Assembly (NCBI GenBank): GCA_038143065.1
Contig: JAYQLI010000001.1
Coordinates: forward strand, 1-28,005
DNA length: 28,005 nt
DNA from: Rhodospirillales bacterium
GTDB lineage: Bacteria; Pseudomonadota; Alphaproteobacteria; Bin95
Reading direction: 5' to 3'
Shown here piece after piece: positions 1 through 10,830 of the stretch (positions are counted from its first letter, which is position 1; each line of letters begins with the position of its first letter). Under the pieces are notes generated by a model. It saw only the letters and a program-made list of their open reading frames with translations. It was not told the origin of the DNA and did no database searches. The translations under genes and the position numbers were made by a program.

Positions 1-253
1 GCAGCGAATGACTGCTTAGGAGCCCAAAGTGACCTTAAATACGCATTTTCCGAATGTCCATTTACTGAAACACTGAAACTGTTAAGCCGCTTAAACTTGC
101 AGTGCAGATTTCGGAAAACCTTACTATTTGGCGTGGGTTTCAGGGGGGTAAGATACTTACAGGCGACCGACATAACACGCTTCCATACACCTTCACTCTT
201 TACAGGAAAATTAAAAAAAATGACTGCGTTTTCTGCGTAGCGTACTCATCGTC

Positions 254-1499
254 TTACGAACGTAGCAATCGCTCGATCCCAGAAATTACGCCGGAACCAT
301 TTGCATCGTGTACTTGCCGGTGCGCTATTTTTGCCAAATAAACCGAATTTTTGGCAAATGGACCATCTATATAGATTGGCCCACTCGCGCCAATGGCATC
401 CATCGCTTCAGATGTTGCCTGTGCAAGAAAACCAGAAAGCAAGTCCATTCTTCTGTGTTTAGGTATTAGCGACGGATCAACAGCTGCTCCATTTTCATCC
501 GACAACCATGCGTTTTGGGCGTCGAAAATATCTTCGATTTTTTGTGGGTTCGGTTCCAGCCCACTCTTTTCAGGAAGGCCGCTAAAACGAGCAAGAATTT
601 CTCCGCCCATAAATCGAATGTTTGGAACAAAGTTTCCAAAAGGATCCAATGAGATCATCTGTCCAAACGCCAAATCTAGCGGCAGCTGATCAACATTCAG
701 AGCAAAAACACATATCCAAGTACCTGTCGATAACACCGTGACCGGCTCCACGTGGTCTAGGATAGAGGGCACCAATGCCAATGTGCTGTCATGACCGCCT
801 CCCAAAATCATCGGTGGGTTTGATTGCCTGAGGTATTGGCACAATTCGTCTCTTAGCGGTCCAATATTTGTTCCTGACTGTGAAAACGGCGGCATCAGCT
901 TCGGAAGGTTGAGATCAAGCGTTGGCAGATCAAGATAGTCTCCTGTTTGGAAGTTCCACAAATCTGTGTGGCAACTTGCGTAAGCAATTTCGCTGGTCGC
1001 AACACCTGACAACCAATGTGTCCAATATTGCGGCAGGAACAGTAATTGATCTACATCCCTCATTTTGCTGCGATGCGTATTCATTAGCCAATGTAATTGC
1101 GCACCCAAATGTAACCCTCGCGGCATCCTATGCGAACCTGTGATTGTAACATCGGACCTGATCGCGTCTATAAGCCGCCGCAGATTGATCTAAACCAGAA
1201 AAATCATAATCCATAATCGGCATAGCAAGATTACCATCCGACATGCAGGCAATTCCTGCACCATGGGTGGAAACCATGATAGCATCAATCGGCCCAGATT
1301 CCGAGAATTCAACCAAGGCTCCTATAATAAAGTCCATCAAGCCGGTAATGTCGTAATGCGGGTAAGGCCCGTTCGTTAATACTGTATTGGGCCTTGATCG
1401 AGTGTTGACTGTCAGATCATTGAGCGGTTCACGCAAAATCATTTTTGCATTGGTCTTGCCAAGGTCAAATATAACCAAACGTTGGACGGAAAACGACAT
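254..1499 (-). CDS. FGGY-family carbohydrate kinase (rhamnulo/fuculokinase-like), split by a frameshift near 1130-1165
   Basis: N-terminal ATP-binding motif VIFDLGKTNAK and STHGAG in ORF 1128..1499; PQYW..WLSG, SCHTDLW, GGHDS, VLSTGTW and DGPFA in ORF 254..1126. Confidence 0.8.
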
Positions 1500-2528
1500 C
1501 TAAGCACTCTGTTCATTTAAGGCTTGGCGGTATTTTTCAGAATCCCAATTGAGCAATTCAAACTGTTCTTTCTCGTTGAAATAGGCAATGTCACTGTCTT
1601 CTGGTAAAACTGACAGTACATCACGCGCACAACGCAATAACGCCTCACTGCCTAAGTATGCGTCATCTCGCAGCGCCACCCCGACCCCGCGAACGATAAC
1701 AGCACAGTTAAAAGGTAACGGCGATTTGGCAAGTTGCGCTAAATCTTCCAGAACCGTGTCCTGCAGTTCTAAAACGGGTAACGCAGGCCCAAGAAAGACC
1801 AATATATCAGGGGTAAAACTTCCCTTTGACAGGATATTTATCCAAGTTTCATCATGGGCAATCTGATGGCTGATTGGGTCTTTCGCCCACGAGAAACCGG
1901 AACCTTTAAGGGCCAACTGGGGGCTTTTGGCACAGGCATGGTCGCCACAGTATTTTTTGCTAAACGACGTAAGACTCTTTGTGTGACGCTATCTATTTCT
2001 TCCGGTATTATAGCGACAATCGGTGAAAGTGATTTCTGAAAAAAAATCATGCGTCTGAGCGGCCTTGCTGACTACACGACTTAGTGGAACTCCAGGCTTC
2101 ACACCAAGGGACAAAGGCCCAGTCGAGCCCTTCCAAGCATTTTTAGACGCTGCTCTACATCTTGTTGGATAAGAATTGCGATAACATCCACGCAGTGGCT
2201 ATTACACAACAAAACGGTAAGGGATGGCAGCATGCATGGGCGCCTCAACCGAAGGACGCACCGCTACACTTTCGTTACAAACACATGCGCGCATGTCGGC
2301 ATCTGTTGCCTCAGGGTTTTCTAATACGACAGTATCCGGCTCAATCCATAAGACAAAAAACTGCTCTTATCATCGACATCACTCAACCAGCGGCCGATGC
2401 TTTGATCACATCACACCATCTGATTTTACCGAGGTGTTTCCGCCAGCGACTTGGATCATTTGCGGTTGGGTGCCAAGAAAACGTGAATAAGCAATCAACC
2501 GGTCCAAATCTGTTGATAAATTCTGCAT
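1500..2528 (-). CDS. Class II aldolase/adducin-family protein (RhaD-like), several frameshifts
   Basis: Manual translation from ATG at 2528 (AGGAAG upstream) gives MQNLSTDLDRLIAYSRFLGTQPQMIQVAGGNTSVK...IKAS; further on it gives RPSVE..HA and H-x-H; the C-terminal ORF has TPDILVFLG and ELLNWDSEKYRQ. It abuts the kinase. Confidence 0.75.
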
Positions 2529-2838
2529 GGTTTCTTCCTAGGTTTTGCAAGTAGATGCGTTCTTTAACAAACTAGTCTTACGTCGGTGTTTTCCTTTAAC
2601 AAGGAACTTTTATAATCAAAGAGTCGTCGGCGTGATCACAAGTCAACTACACAATAGAAAAGAACAGATGGGTAGACAAATTCGACACACCCATCGCATT
2701 TAAACCTTCAGCCGTTAACGACTGGATTGTCTCATAGCGGTTGATTTATGTCTTCAGTTTCGAAGGTCCGCTTTGCTCTCTGGGTTTTGAAGTGAGACAT
2801 TGGGCCTCAAACCTACAGGATGATATTACCTTCCAGGT

Positions 2839-3428
2839 TTAGAACGTAAAGTCATCATCTTGATGATTGGTGTGATGAACAGATCTCTTACCTGTATCTG
2901 TACGATGCCCATCTCTGTAGTCCACTGCTCAGTAAAGAAATCATATCAAACCCAGTCATGCTGATAGCTGGCCATGTACTCATTGAAGATAGCGCTGCGT
3001 CCTTTCTTAGGACCACTTGCTGTTAGTAAGGCGTTTATGACTTGAGTTGGTAGATGCCATTGGTGGGTTAGGGTATCAAGCAACACATGCAGATGCTTCT
3101 TTTCTGTTAAGACAAGCACATGGGCATTATCAGCAGTGGCATTGATATCCCCCTTAAGGTGCATCCTGTAGATGAGGCTGTTGGGGTGTTCAGCCAGTAG
3201 CTCTTCTATTAACTGGTAATGCTCGGGCTTAGTTAAAGCACTACGATCATACTGCCTTTTATAAGCTTCTCGGGAGCGCTTAGGCTTTACTGCATAGTAC
3301 TCTACTCTGTCTTTATGGCTCTTATGAAAGCTCAGCTTAATGCGCCCTGAGGTAAACACCTGAAGGCTATAGCCTTGGTAGGTTTCTAGGGTCTCTTGGG
3401 AGAGCTTTGGATCAATATACTTGGTCAT
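2839..3428 (-). CDS. Hypothetical protein of the small integrase element (C-terminus extended past an indel to ...HQDDDFTF*)
   Basis: 160-aa ORF 2946..3428; an alternative frame continues to TAA at 2839-2841. Co-oriented with and downstream of the integrase. Confidence 0.6.
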
Positions 3429-3493
3429 TCTAAATTATCTTTCTGTTCTTAATACAAAAATAAAAAACACCTCAGGAAAGGCTCCTAAGGCAG

Positions 3494-3600
3494 GGTTAAA
3501 GGGTAAGCTGTAAGGGGTAATTCGTAAGACGTAATATGTAAGTCGTAATACTTAATTCGTAATATATAATACATAAGGGTTTGGGTGTTCCCAACACCCT
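3494..3600. repeat. 12 tandem heptamers NNNTAA(G/T/A) followed by a hairpin (AGGGTTTGGG-TGTT-CCCAACACCCT); putative origin or protein-binding array
   Basis: ggttaaa gggtaag ctgtaag gggtaat tcgtaag acgtaat atgtaag tcgtaat acttaat tcgtaat atataat acataag (3494-3577), with TAA in exact 7-bp phase; stem-loop 3576-3600 has one mismatch. Confidence 0.75.
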
Positions 3601-3810
3601 GTCAGCTTAGAACAAACTACACTACAATTTATTCTTTATCGTCTGCTATTAGAGCTGTCTTTATTTCCATAGCTTTGGGATATTTTTTCTATGTCTTTAG
3701 GGTTGCTCTCTGATGCTCTCTTTAAGCACTTCCTTTTTTGATACCCCTCTTATGCTTAGCCCTTAAAGCTGTCTCCTCGTGCCACTCTGGGGCACTCTGG
3801 TATAGCTCCC

Positions 3811-4530
3811 TTAACTCCACACCTTTTCCATATGCTCCCTCATGACGTCTAGGGCATAGCCTGAGCCATAGTTGGCAGCGACTGTGTTAGAGCCATGCCC
3901 TAGGATGGCCATGGAGATGGCCTCCGGGCAGCCTGTATTCCTCAGCTTGTCCTTCATGCGGTGGCGTAGTGAATGCATGGTAAGCTTCTTATCTGTGATT
4001 ATGGTTCTGAGGCGCTTCATCAGCATGGCTGAGGCAGCATCATTGCCACGAGGACGAGCGTAGTTGGGGAATATAGACTCCCCATCCTCTTTGCCTTTCC
4101 TGTGCTCCTGCAGTGTCTCTGCTGCTCTGTGGCTCAGTGGGAGTGTTCTATGTGACCCCTTGGTCTTGAGACCTCTAATGTTGTTGGGGCGTATGGTTAC
4201 TGAGCGCTCCTGCAGGTCCACGTCTTGGACTTCTAGCCCTACAATCTCCGACAGCCTTGCACCTGTATCTATCAAGGTGATGAAGAGTGCCCAGGCAAGT
4301 GGGTCATTCTGATAGCAGGGAGTTGCTATGGCAATATGCTCGTCCGTCAGTGGATGCCTGTCCTCGACGCTGGCCCCTGCCCCTTTTATCTTCAGCCCGT
4401 TGAATACGTTTGGAATGGTAAGGCTATGCTCTGTTATCACGTAGTTCACGGCTGCCTTTACAACGGCCACATTCCTCAGCACCGAGTTGGGCTTCATTCG
4501 CTCCAGCTCGTAGTCTTGTCTTAGCCGCTT
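3811..4530 (-). CDS. Tyrosine recombinase/phage integrase, catalytic C-terminal part (N-terminus missing)
   Basis: Catalytic motifs TGARLSE (R), LKT (K), HSLRH (HxxR), LGH and NYG (Y). Homology is lost at the IS3 remnant just upstream. Confidence 0.88.
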   Translation of the reverse strand, partial: KRLRQDYELERMKPNSVLRNVAVVKAAVNYVITEHSLTIPNVFNGLKIKGAGASVEDRHPLTDEHIAIATPCYQNDPLAWALFITLIDTGARLSEIVGLEVQDVDLQERSVTIRPNNIRGLKTKGSHRTLPLSHRAAETLQEHRKGKEDGESIFPNYARPRGNDAASAMLMKRLRTIITDKKLTMHSLRHRMKDKLRNTGCPEAISMAILGHGSNTVAANYGSGYALDVMREHMEKVWS

Positions 4531-4535
4531 AGAAC

Positions 4536-4697
4536 TGTACCAGTATTTTTTGGCATAGGAGAATTTTAGGATAACTCGGAAGTGTTATTCTGATGAAGAT
4601 GTGTTGAAGTTATTGCGCGAAATTGATGTTCGTTTGGACGTTGTGAGTGCGTGTCGCAAAGCTGGGATCTCAGACAAAGTCATTATTACTGGCGTAA
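4536..4697 (+). mobile_element. IS3-family remnant: probable left end (TG...) plus degenerate OrfA HTH fragment
   Basis: Translation YSDEDVLKLLREIDVRLDVVSACRKAGISDK-(fs)-YYW is typical of IS3 OrfA. It begins with TGTACCAGTATTTTTTGGCA. No OrfB. Confidence 0.65.
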
Positions 4698-4733
4698 TCC
4701 GGCTGCGCGCGGCCTCAATCTAAGCGATACCGA

Positions 4734-5908
4734 TCATTCCGCGGCCTTTGATGCAGGCGCGGGCACTGGCACTAGCATTCGCGCCAGATAGCGTTGGAAT
4801 TCCCAAATGGTCTGCTCTTTTGGTGATAGACGCCCCGGTTGCGCCGACAACGCTGCCGCATTGCGCGCAATGGCCGCCGTGATTGGTTTGTCCTCATCGT
4901 TTATCGCGTGAAAGCTGGCCTTCAGTTCGTCCACACGCTCGTCAAATTCCGCGCCCTGGGGCATAGCGTCGGGGTGAACATCAACGCCCCAAAAAACACG
5001 CACTTTGTCCGTTTCAATTGGCATAAGGGACATCCAGAACGTCCGCTCGGCCGACACGGACGCCATCTGCGCCGGAAACGCGCCAAAGAGCGGCACGCTA
5101 TTGACCTCATCCTCCGTCAGCTTCGGGTTCGGGTTTGCCATGGCTTCGCTGTATTCAAATGCGACACCAGAATTGCGCCCTTGTGTATACAGGCAATAGC
5201 CCGGACCACCGGTAACGACATGGGCGTGTTGTGTGGGCAAAACTGGCTCAACGGTTCTGCTGTGGACGGCAAACAGGTGATAAGGCTCCATGAAATTCTG
5301 AAAGAGAATTTTCCAGTTGGTGTCCCAGATCTCATCTACCCGAAACAAGGTGCGATAGCTGGCAACATCGTAGTTGGCCAGAAGCTCTGTCAGAGGCGCC
5401 AAACGCGGCGTCAAGGGCTGTGCTGAAGGATCGAGATTAACGTACACCCACCCGAGCCATTCTTCGACGGCGAATTGCGGCAGGTGACAATCCCGTTTGT
5501 CAAAATTGTCTCGCATATAGGGGCCCCGATCAGCTGACCATTCAGTGTGTAGGTCCAGGCATGATAGGGACAGGTGATTTTGCCGCCAATCGTGCCCTCG
5601 CCTTCCAGAAGGCTCATCATCCGGTGGCGGCAAATGTTGGACATCGCACGCAACACACCGTCATGGTCGCGTAAGACAACAACCTCGTCGCGACTTATGG
5701 TCATGACCCGGTAATCACCGGGCTTTTCAAACTCATCCGAACGACCCACGCAAATCCATTCCCGATTGAAAATCGCATCGCGCTCCAGTTCGAGAAACGT
5801 CTGAGATGTATAGACCTGAGGTGGTGTGGCCTCGGACTGATCTTCAGGCAAAGCGGCGTTCGCAGTCAGTGCGTCAAGCAATTCGGAAAGTGGCATATTG
5901 GGCTGCAT
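4734..5908 (-). CDS. Rieske non-heme iron oxygenase alpha subunit (choline monooxygenase/N-demethylase-like group), frameshift near 5520
   Basis: Rieske ligands NICRHR and CPYHAWTY in 5411..5908; mononuclear Fe motif NWK..QNFMEPYHLFAVH and a distal ED in 4734..5633. The junction lies in a GGGGCCCC run. Confidence 0.9.
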
Positions 5909-5924
5909 GATAGGACCTCAATCG

Positions 5925-7100
5925 CTAGGTTTGGCGCTCTCGCGCCAAGCGCTGTGTAAGTTTGCGCAGAAAATCCAACCCCTGCGCCAGTTCTTCGACT
6001 TCGATGTATTCATCGGCCTTGTGGGCCCGACTGATGTCGCCAGGACCAAAGACTACGGTCGAATAATCAGCATCACTGAAATACCCCGCATCCGTCCCGA
6101 AAGAGACCACATCCGTATCGTTCAACCCTGTGATCGCGCTCACGAATTCAGTCGCCTTTGCCGCGTTTCGATCATCAAGCGGTGGGACGGCCACTTCTGT
6201 GATGATGCATATATTCGCTTCATCGCTGACCGCGCGCATCGCGGGCAGGATTTCGGAATTTGCAAAGGCCTGGATTTCCGCGATAGCCAAGGCGCCATCC
6301 TCACCTGGGATCGGACGATACTCCCAATCGAAATTGCACCAACCAGCCGTCGCATTTCGCGCTGCACCTCCCTCAATCATGCCGACATTGAAGGTGGAAT
6401 AAGGCGGGCTGTAGGCTGACCCTTTGATAGGATTGGTCCTGCGCTGTGCATTCATATCCTCAATCTTCGCGATAAACTTCATCGCCGCCGTGATTGCGTT
6501 TGCGCCACAGCTGGGATCGCAGGAATGCATCTCTTTGCCTATGATTTCTGTGCGCATTTCATAGCCGCCCTTGTGGCCGGTCACAATTTTCATCTGCGTT
6601 GGCTCGCCCACGATGACGACCTCCGGGCGATAGACAAGCCCGGATAAGCTTTCGAGCAGGACGGGCATCCCAAACCCGCCTATTTCCTCGTCAAACGTAA
6701 ATGCGATATGAATAGGCTTTGTTAGGTGCGCAGCTTTGAACAAAGGCACTGAGGCCAGAACACAGGCCAAAAACCCCTTCATGTCAACCGATCCGCGGCC
6801 ATAAAGCTTGTCCCCTTTGCGGGTTAGCTTGAAGGGGTCGCTCGACCAGGTCTGACCCTCAACCGGGACGACATCTGTGTGTCCATTAAGGACGACCCCA
6901 CCATCAATCTCTGGCCCTATTGTGGCAAAGATATTCGCACGTTCTTTGACACCGTCAAAACTAAGATTGGATGGGATGCCATGCTGTTCCAGGTAATCCT
7001 GAATATACCCGACAATGCCATGGGTCGGGCGACCCGAAACGCTTTCAAACCCGACAAGTGCTTCGAGGATTTCTATAGTGGTGTCCAGCGTCCTAAGCAT
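5925..7100 (-). CDS. argE: M20A acetylornithine deacetylase (ArgE-like) amidohydrolase
   Basis: NGHTDVVP, GRGSVDMKGF, DEEIG, GEPT and AHKADE motifs. Start at 7100 chosen because of the AGAGGA RBS; the ORF extends to 7124. Confidence 0.88.
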   Translation of the reverse strand: MLRTLDTTIEILEALVGFESVSGRPTHGIVGYIQDYLEQHGIPSNLSFDGVKERANIFATIGPEIDGGVVLNGHTDVVPVEGQTWSSDPFKLTRKGDKLYGRGSVDMKGFLACVLASVPLFKAAHLTKPIHIAFTFDEEIGGFGMPVLLESLSGLVYRPEVVIVGEPTQMKIVTGHKGGYEMRTEIIGKEMHSCDPSCGANAITAAMKFIAKIEDMNAQRRTNPIKGSAYSPPYSTFNVGMIEGGAARNATAGWCNFDWEYRPIPGEDGALAIAEIQAFANSEILPAMRAVSDEANICIITEVAVPPLDDRNAAKATEFVSAITGLNDTDVVSFGTDAGYFSDADYSTVVFGPGDISRAHKADEYIEVEELAQGLDFLRKLTQRLARERQT

Positions 7101-7120
7101 AACTATGTCCTCTGATGGTT

Positions 7121-7819
7121 TCATGGCTCTGCCAGAAATCGTCCGAGAAGCGTGAGCATGCGCTGAAGATCAATACTCCGGTAATGACCCACACTGCGAA
7201 TGTCATTATCCACCATAGCGGCGCGGATGTTCTCGAGCTCATTGAGCTGACCGGCATGCGCCCGTTCCCACCCAAACTGAGGAAGAAACGTGTACCAGAT
7301 ACGAGCCACGCGGTAGTACATCAACTCTGTGATCTCACAGAGCGGGGCGTTGCCAGTCAGATCAGACAATAACTGTTGCAGGTCATTCGCGATGAGCGCC
7401 AGTTCATCGAAGGCCCCTGTTTTATCGGCCAGATTTCGGGTGCGATCCACCAACACGTCGATCTTTGTAATATAATCTGGTGTGATCTCGACCGGCGACA
7501 ACTCTCCCATTAACTCGGCCAGACGTTTGCGCAGATCATAAATCTGTTTGAATGTCTTAAGATCAATGTCGGTCACAATTGTTCCAACGCCATTTTTGAT
7601 CGTCACCAGCCCCATGAACTCAAGCCGGTGAAAAACCCGACGGATCGGTGTGCGGCTGATGCCGAGCTCTTTGGCCAGTGCCCCCTCGCTCAGCACGGTT
7701 CCAGGTGGATAGGTCAAAAGGCAAATGCGATCACGCAATTCGCAATAGATCCGCTCAAACCGCTCAGCGCCAGTTTCATTTTCGGATACAGTGGTGATTT
7801 TGTCGGCCACTTTGACCAT
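7121..7819 (-). CDS. GntR-family (FadR/FCD) transcriptional regulator
   Basis: wHTH YPPGTVLSEGALAKELGISRTPIR...LEFMGLV...GVGTIV and a helical FCD-like C-domain. AGGAG RBS before ATG at 7819. Confidence 0.88.
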   Translation of the reverse strand: MVKVADKITTVSENETGAERFERIYCELRDRICLLTYPPGTVLSEGALAKELGISRTPIRRVFHRLEFMGLVTIKNGVGTIVTDIDLKTFKQIYDLRKRLAELMGELSPVEITPDYITKIDVLVDRTRNLADKTGAFDELALIANDLQQLLSDLTGNAPLCEITELMYYRVARIWYTFLPQFGWERAHAGQLNELENIRAAMVDNDIRSVGHYRSIDLQRMLTLLGRFLAEP

Positions 7820-7924
7820 GCGCGTCTCCTGACTGATAGTTTCGTGAGGCGCGATTGCCCAGTGCGCCGTTTCATCTTCCATTGACACGACTCAGCATTA
7901 GGGATGAACATAGCTAAAATCAAG

Positions 7925-7934
7925 TTGTATACAG
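7925..7934. promoter_or_regulatory. Candidate GntR operator palindrome TGTATACA in the divergent promoter region
   Basis: TTGTATACAG lies between the divergent gntR and racemase starts and fits the GT-N-AC GntR consensus. A TTGACA is at 7882-7887. Confidence 0.45.
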
Positions 7935-7942
7935 GTCGCGCC

Positions 7943-8734
7943 ATGGCAGATGTTTTTCAAGCAGAGGAAACGAGACGGTTTCAAAGCACATCGGTTTACG
8001 AAGACATTGCGCTCGACAATGGTCCTGGGAGACATCGTATCGGGCTGATTGTACTCAGCAATGATTACACGGTCGAACGTGACTTCATGAAGATGCGACC
8101 AAATGATGAGGTCGCGATCTTCACCACACGAATTGCTAATACTCCAGATTGCACCGTGAGTTCCTTGCGTGAAATGGCTCCAAAGATTGCAGATGCGGCG
8201 GACCTTTTGATCCCTGACGGACGGCTTGACACGGTGGCTTATGCCTGCACGTCGGGCTCAGTAGTTATCGGTTATGACACCATAAAGAGCCACATTCATT
8301 CCGTTCGCCCCGATGCCGCCTGCATCACCCCGATCACCGCATCCTTGGCCGCACTTGACTCCTTTGGCGTAGATAAACTGGCGGTCCTGACGCCCTATGT
8401 TGATGAAGTGAATGCCGCCATTGCCGACCACCTGCGAGCTGCAGGCAAGACAATCGGCGCTTTTTCCTCCTTCCGTATAGAGGACAATGAAGAGATGGCT
8501 GCCCTCACTGGTGAGGCGATTTTCAAGGCTGCCAAAAAAGCCGACACAGCAGCTGCAGACGCCCTGTTCATTTCTTGTACCGCGATCCGCGCTGTCGAGG
8601 TCATCGACCGCCTAGAACAGGCTCTGGGTAAGCCGGTGATCACCGCTAATCAGGCAATGTTCTGGCAGGCCCTGCGCGTTGCGGGCTGTAATGCAAAGAT
8701 CGAAGGCTATGGCGCGCTGCTGAGAAAATTTTGA
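7943..8734 (+). CDS. Asp/Glu/hydantoin racemase - maleate isomerase family protein (EutA-like)
   Basis: RIGLIVLSND, two catalytic-type cysteines (YACTSGS, ISCTAIR), VLTPY and GKPVITANQA. The ORF can start at 7904. Confidence 0.85.
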   Translation: MADVFQAEETRRFQSTSVYEDIALDNGPGRHRIGLIVLSNDYTVERDFMKMRPNDEVAIFTTRIANTPDCTVSSLREMAPKIADAADLLIPDGRLDTVAYACTSGSVVIGYDTIKSHIHSVRPDAACITPITASLAALDSFGVDKLAVLTPYVDEVNAAIADHLRAAGKTIGAFSSFRIEDNEEMAALTGEAIFKAAKKADTAAADALFISCTAIRAVEVIDRLEQALGKPVITANQAMFWQALRVAGCNAKIEGYGALLRKF

Positions 8735-8756
8735 TCGGACGATAAGGAAATATGCG

Positions 8757-9638
8757 ATGAACCACATGGAGATCATGTCCAACCCTCCAAGAGTGCTAAA
8801 CCAGGACGAGCGGGCCTTCTATTTTGATCAAGGCTACATCGTTAAGGAGCGTGCGATTGGGTCGGATTGGCTAGGTCGGCTGAATACGGCAACGGCGGCA
8901 CTTGTTGAGACCACGCGCAGCATGAAGTGTTCCACCCAAACCTATGATCTGGATGCCGGCCACACTGCCGAAAACCCAAGGTTGCGCAGGATTGCCTATC
9001 TGGATGACCTAGATCCGGTGTTCTGGGAATTTTGTAAGGAATCCCCACTGACTGATCTGGCCGCTGATCTGCTTGGCCCGAATGTCCGTTTTCGCGAATG
9101 CATGATCAACTTCAAATGGGCCGGAGGTGGCCAGGAGGTAAAATGGCATCAGGATTTTCCCTTCTACCCTCTGACCAACACCACAGTGGCCCAGTTTCTG
9201 GTTTGCCTTAACGATGTCGGCCCGGAGCAAGGCCCATTGCAGGTTGTGCCCAAAAGCCATGAGGGGCCGTTCTATGATCACTATGACAAGGACGACAATT
9301 GGCTGGGCTACATTCAGGACGACAAGCTGGCTGAGGCGGGCCTGGACACGGCAGTGGACTTGACTGGACCAGCAGGTACGATCACCGTACACCACTGCGC
9401 CACATTGCATGCCTCGCGCGCAAACGTAAGCAAACTGGGTCGCCCAGTCCTGATTGTAACCTACTGCGCCTGTGATGCGGTCGGATACACAGCCGTGACA
9501 TATCCCACGTCGAACTGCCTCAAGGTGGTGCGTGGCGAGGAGACGAAGTTCGCTCGGCTGGAGCCAATGAACATGCGCATGCCGCCGGATTGGTCCGATG
9601 GCTACACATCCATTTTTGAGCATCAGGAAAAGGTCTAG
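8757..9638 (+). CDS. PhyH-family Fe(II)/2-oxoglutarate dioxygenase (#1)
   Basis: WHQD (HxD), GPLQVVPKSH, distal His in TLHASRAN, and 2OG-binding Arg in GRP. Confidence 0.88.
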   Translation: MNHMEIMSNPPRVLNQDERAFYFDQGYIVKERAIGSDWLGRLNTATAALVETTRSMKCSTQTYDLDAGHTAENPRLRRIAYLDDLDPVFWEFCKESPLTDLAADLLGPNVRFRECMINFKWAGGGQEVKWHQDFPFYPLTNTTVAQFLVCLNDVGPEQGPLQVVPKSHEGPFYDHYDKDDNWLGYIQDDKLAEAGLDTAVDLTGPAGTITVHHCATLHASRANVSKLGRPVLIVTYCACDAVGYTAVTYPTSNCLKVVRGEETKFARLEPMNMRMPPDWSDGYTSIFEHQEKV

Positions 9639-9641
9639 ACC

Positions 9642-10817
9642 ATGGCGCCACCGTTTTCACGCGAAGAATATGCGACTCGTCTGATACGTGTCCGAAACGC
9701 CATGCAGTCCAAAGAGCTGGACGTGCTTGTGATCGGCGATCCAGCCAACATAAACTGGTTGACCGGATATGATGCCTGGTCATTTTATACGCCGCAAATC
9801 ATGGTCGTCGGGCTTGAGCTGGATCCGACCTGGTTAGGCCGTGAAATGGATGCCGGAGCTGCAGATTTCACAACCTATTTACCGCCCGAACAGATTGTCC
9901 CCTTCCCTGAAACGCATGTGCAACAGGCGACGTTCCACGCAGCCCAGTACATGGGCGACTGGATGAAAGTGAAGGGATTGAATGGCAAACGGATCGGCTA
10001 TGAAAGCGACGTCTATTTCCTGACGCCTGCGGCGGTCAGCCATCTGATGGACCGCACGCCAAACAGCGAGTGGACGGATTGTGGGCTGCTGGTGAACTGG
10101 CAACGTCTGACCAAAAGCCCGGCGGAAATCAGGATGTTGCAACAGGCCTCTGTCATTGCGGGCAAGGCCATGCAAACGGCTTATGATGGCGTGCGGCCAG
10201 GCGTGCGGCAATGTGATCTGATGGCCGATGTGGTCGCTGCGCAAATTCGGGGGACGCCAGAGTTCGGCGGTGAGCAAACCGCACTGCATCCACTGGTACT
10301 GGCAGGGGAGGCCGCTTCAACCGCCCATCCTATGTGGACCGACGCACCGTTTGAAAAGGACCAGACCATTGCATTTGAACTGGGCGGATGCCGTAAACGT
10401 TACAATGTAGGTCTAGCACGAACCGTGCACCTAGGTGATCCGCCACAGATCCTTATGAACACCGCCAAAGCCGTTGGCGAAGGCATGGACGAAGTTCTGT
10501 CCGCGATGAAGGCCGGTGCCCTGTGTTGCGATGTGCATGCCGCCTGGCAGGCGGTGCTAGACCAATACGGGCTCGAGAAGAAAAGCCGTATCGGCTATTC
10601 CATCGGGGCCGGTTATTCGCCCGACTGGGGTGAACACACGATCAGCTTCCGCCCCGATGACGGTACCGCACTGCCGGAAAACGCCGTGGTACACATCATT
10701 CTGGGCATGTGGATGGACGGCTGGGGCATGGAATTGAGCGAAACAATTCATGTGCGCGCCAATGATGCGGCGTGCCTCACCCAATTCCCGCGCAACGTTC
10801 ATGTCATAGACATTTGA
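9642..10817 (+). CDS. doeA: M24-family ectoine hydrolase-like protein (DoeA/EutD homolog)
   Basis: DPANINWLTGYDAWSFY, LVNWQRLTKS.AEI, AHPMW, FELGGC..RY and RIGYSIG..Y.PDWGEHT match EutD/DoeA signatures as I recall them. The substrate is not established. Confidence 0.82.
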   Translation: MAPPFSREEYATRLIRVRNAMQSKELDVLVIGDPANINWLTGYDAWSFYTPQIMVVGLELDPTWLGREMDAGAADFTTYLPPEQIVPFPETHVQQATFHAAQYMGDWMKVKGLNGKRIGYESDVYFLTPAAVSHLMDRTPNSEWTDCGLLVNWQRLTKSPAEIRMLQQASVIAGKAMQTAYDGVRPGVRQCDLMADVVAAQIRGTPEFGGEQTALHPLVLAGEAASTAHPMWTDAPFEKDQTIAFELGGCRKRYNVGLARTVHLGDPPQILMNTAKAVGEGMDEVLSAMKAGALCCDVHAAWQAVLDQYGLEKKSRIGYSIGAGYSPDWGEHTISFRPDDGTALPENAVVHIILGMWMDGWGMELSETIHVRANDAACLTQFPRNVHVIDI

Positions 10818-10830
10818 AAGGACAAAAGAT

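Noticed and set aside
2162-2554. Plus-strand ORFs 2162..2554 and 2224..2490
   Set aside because: They are antisense to the reconstructed class II aldolase N-terminus.
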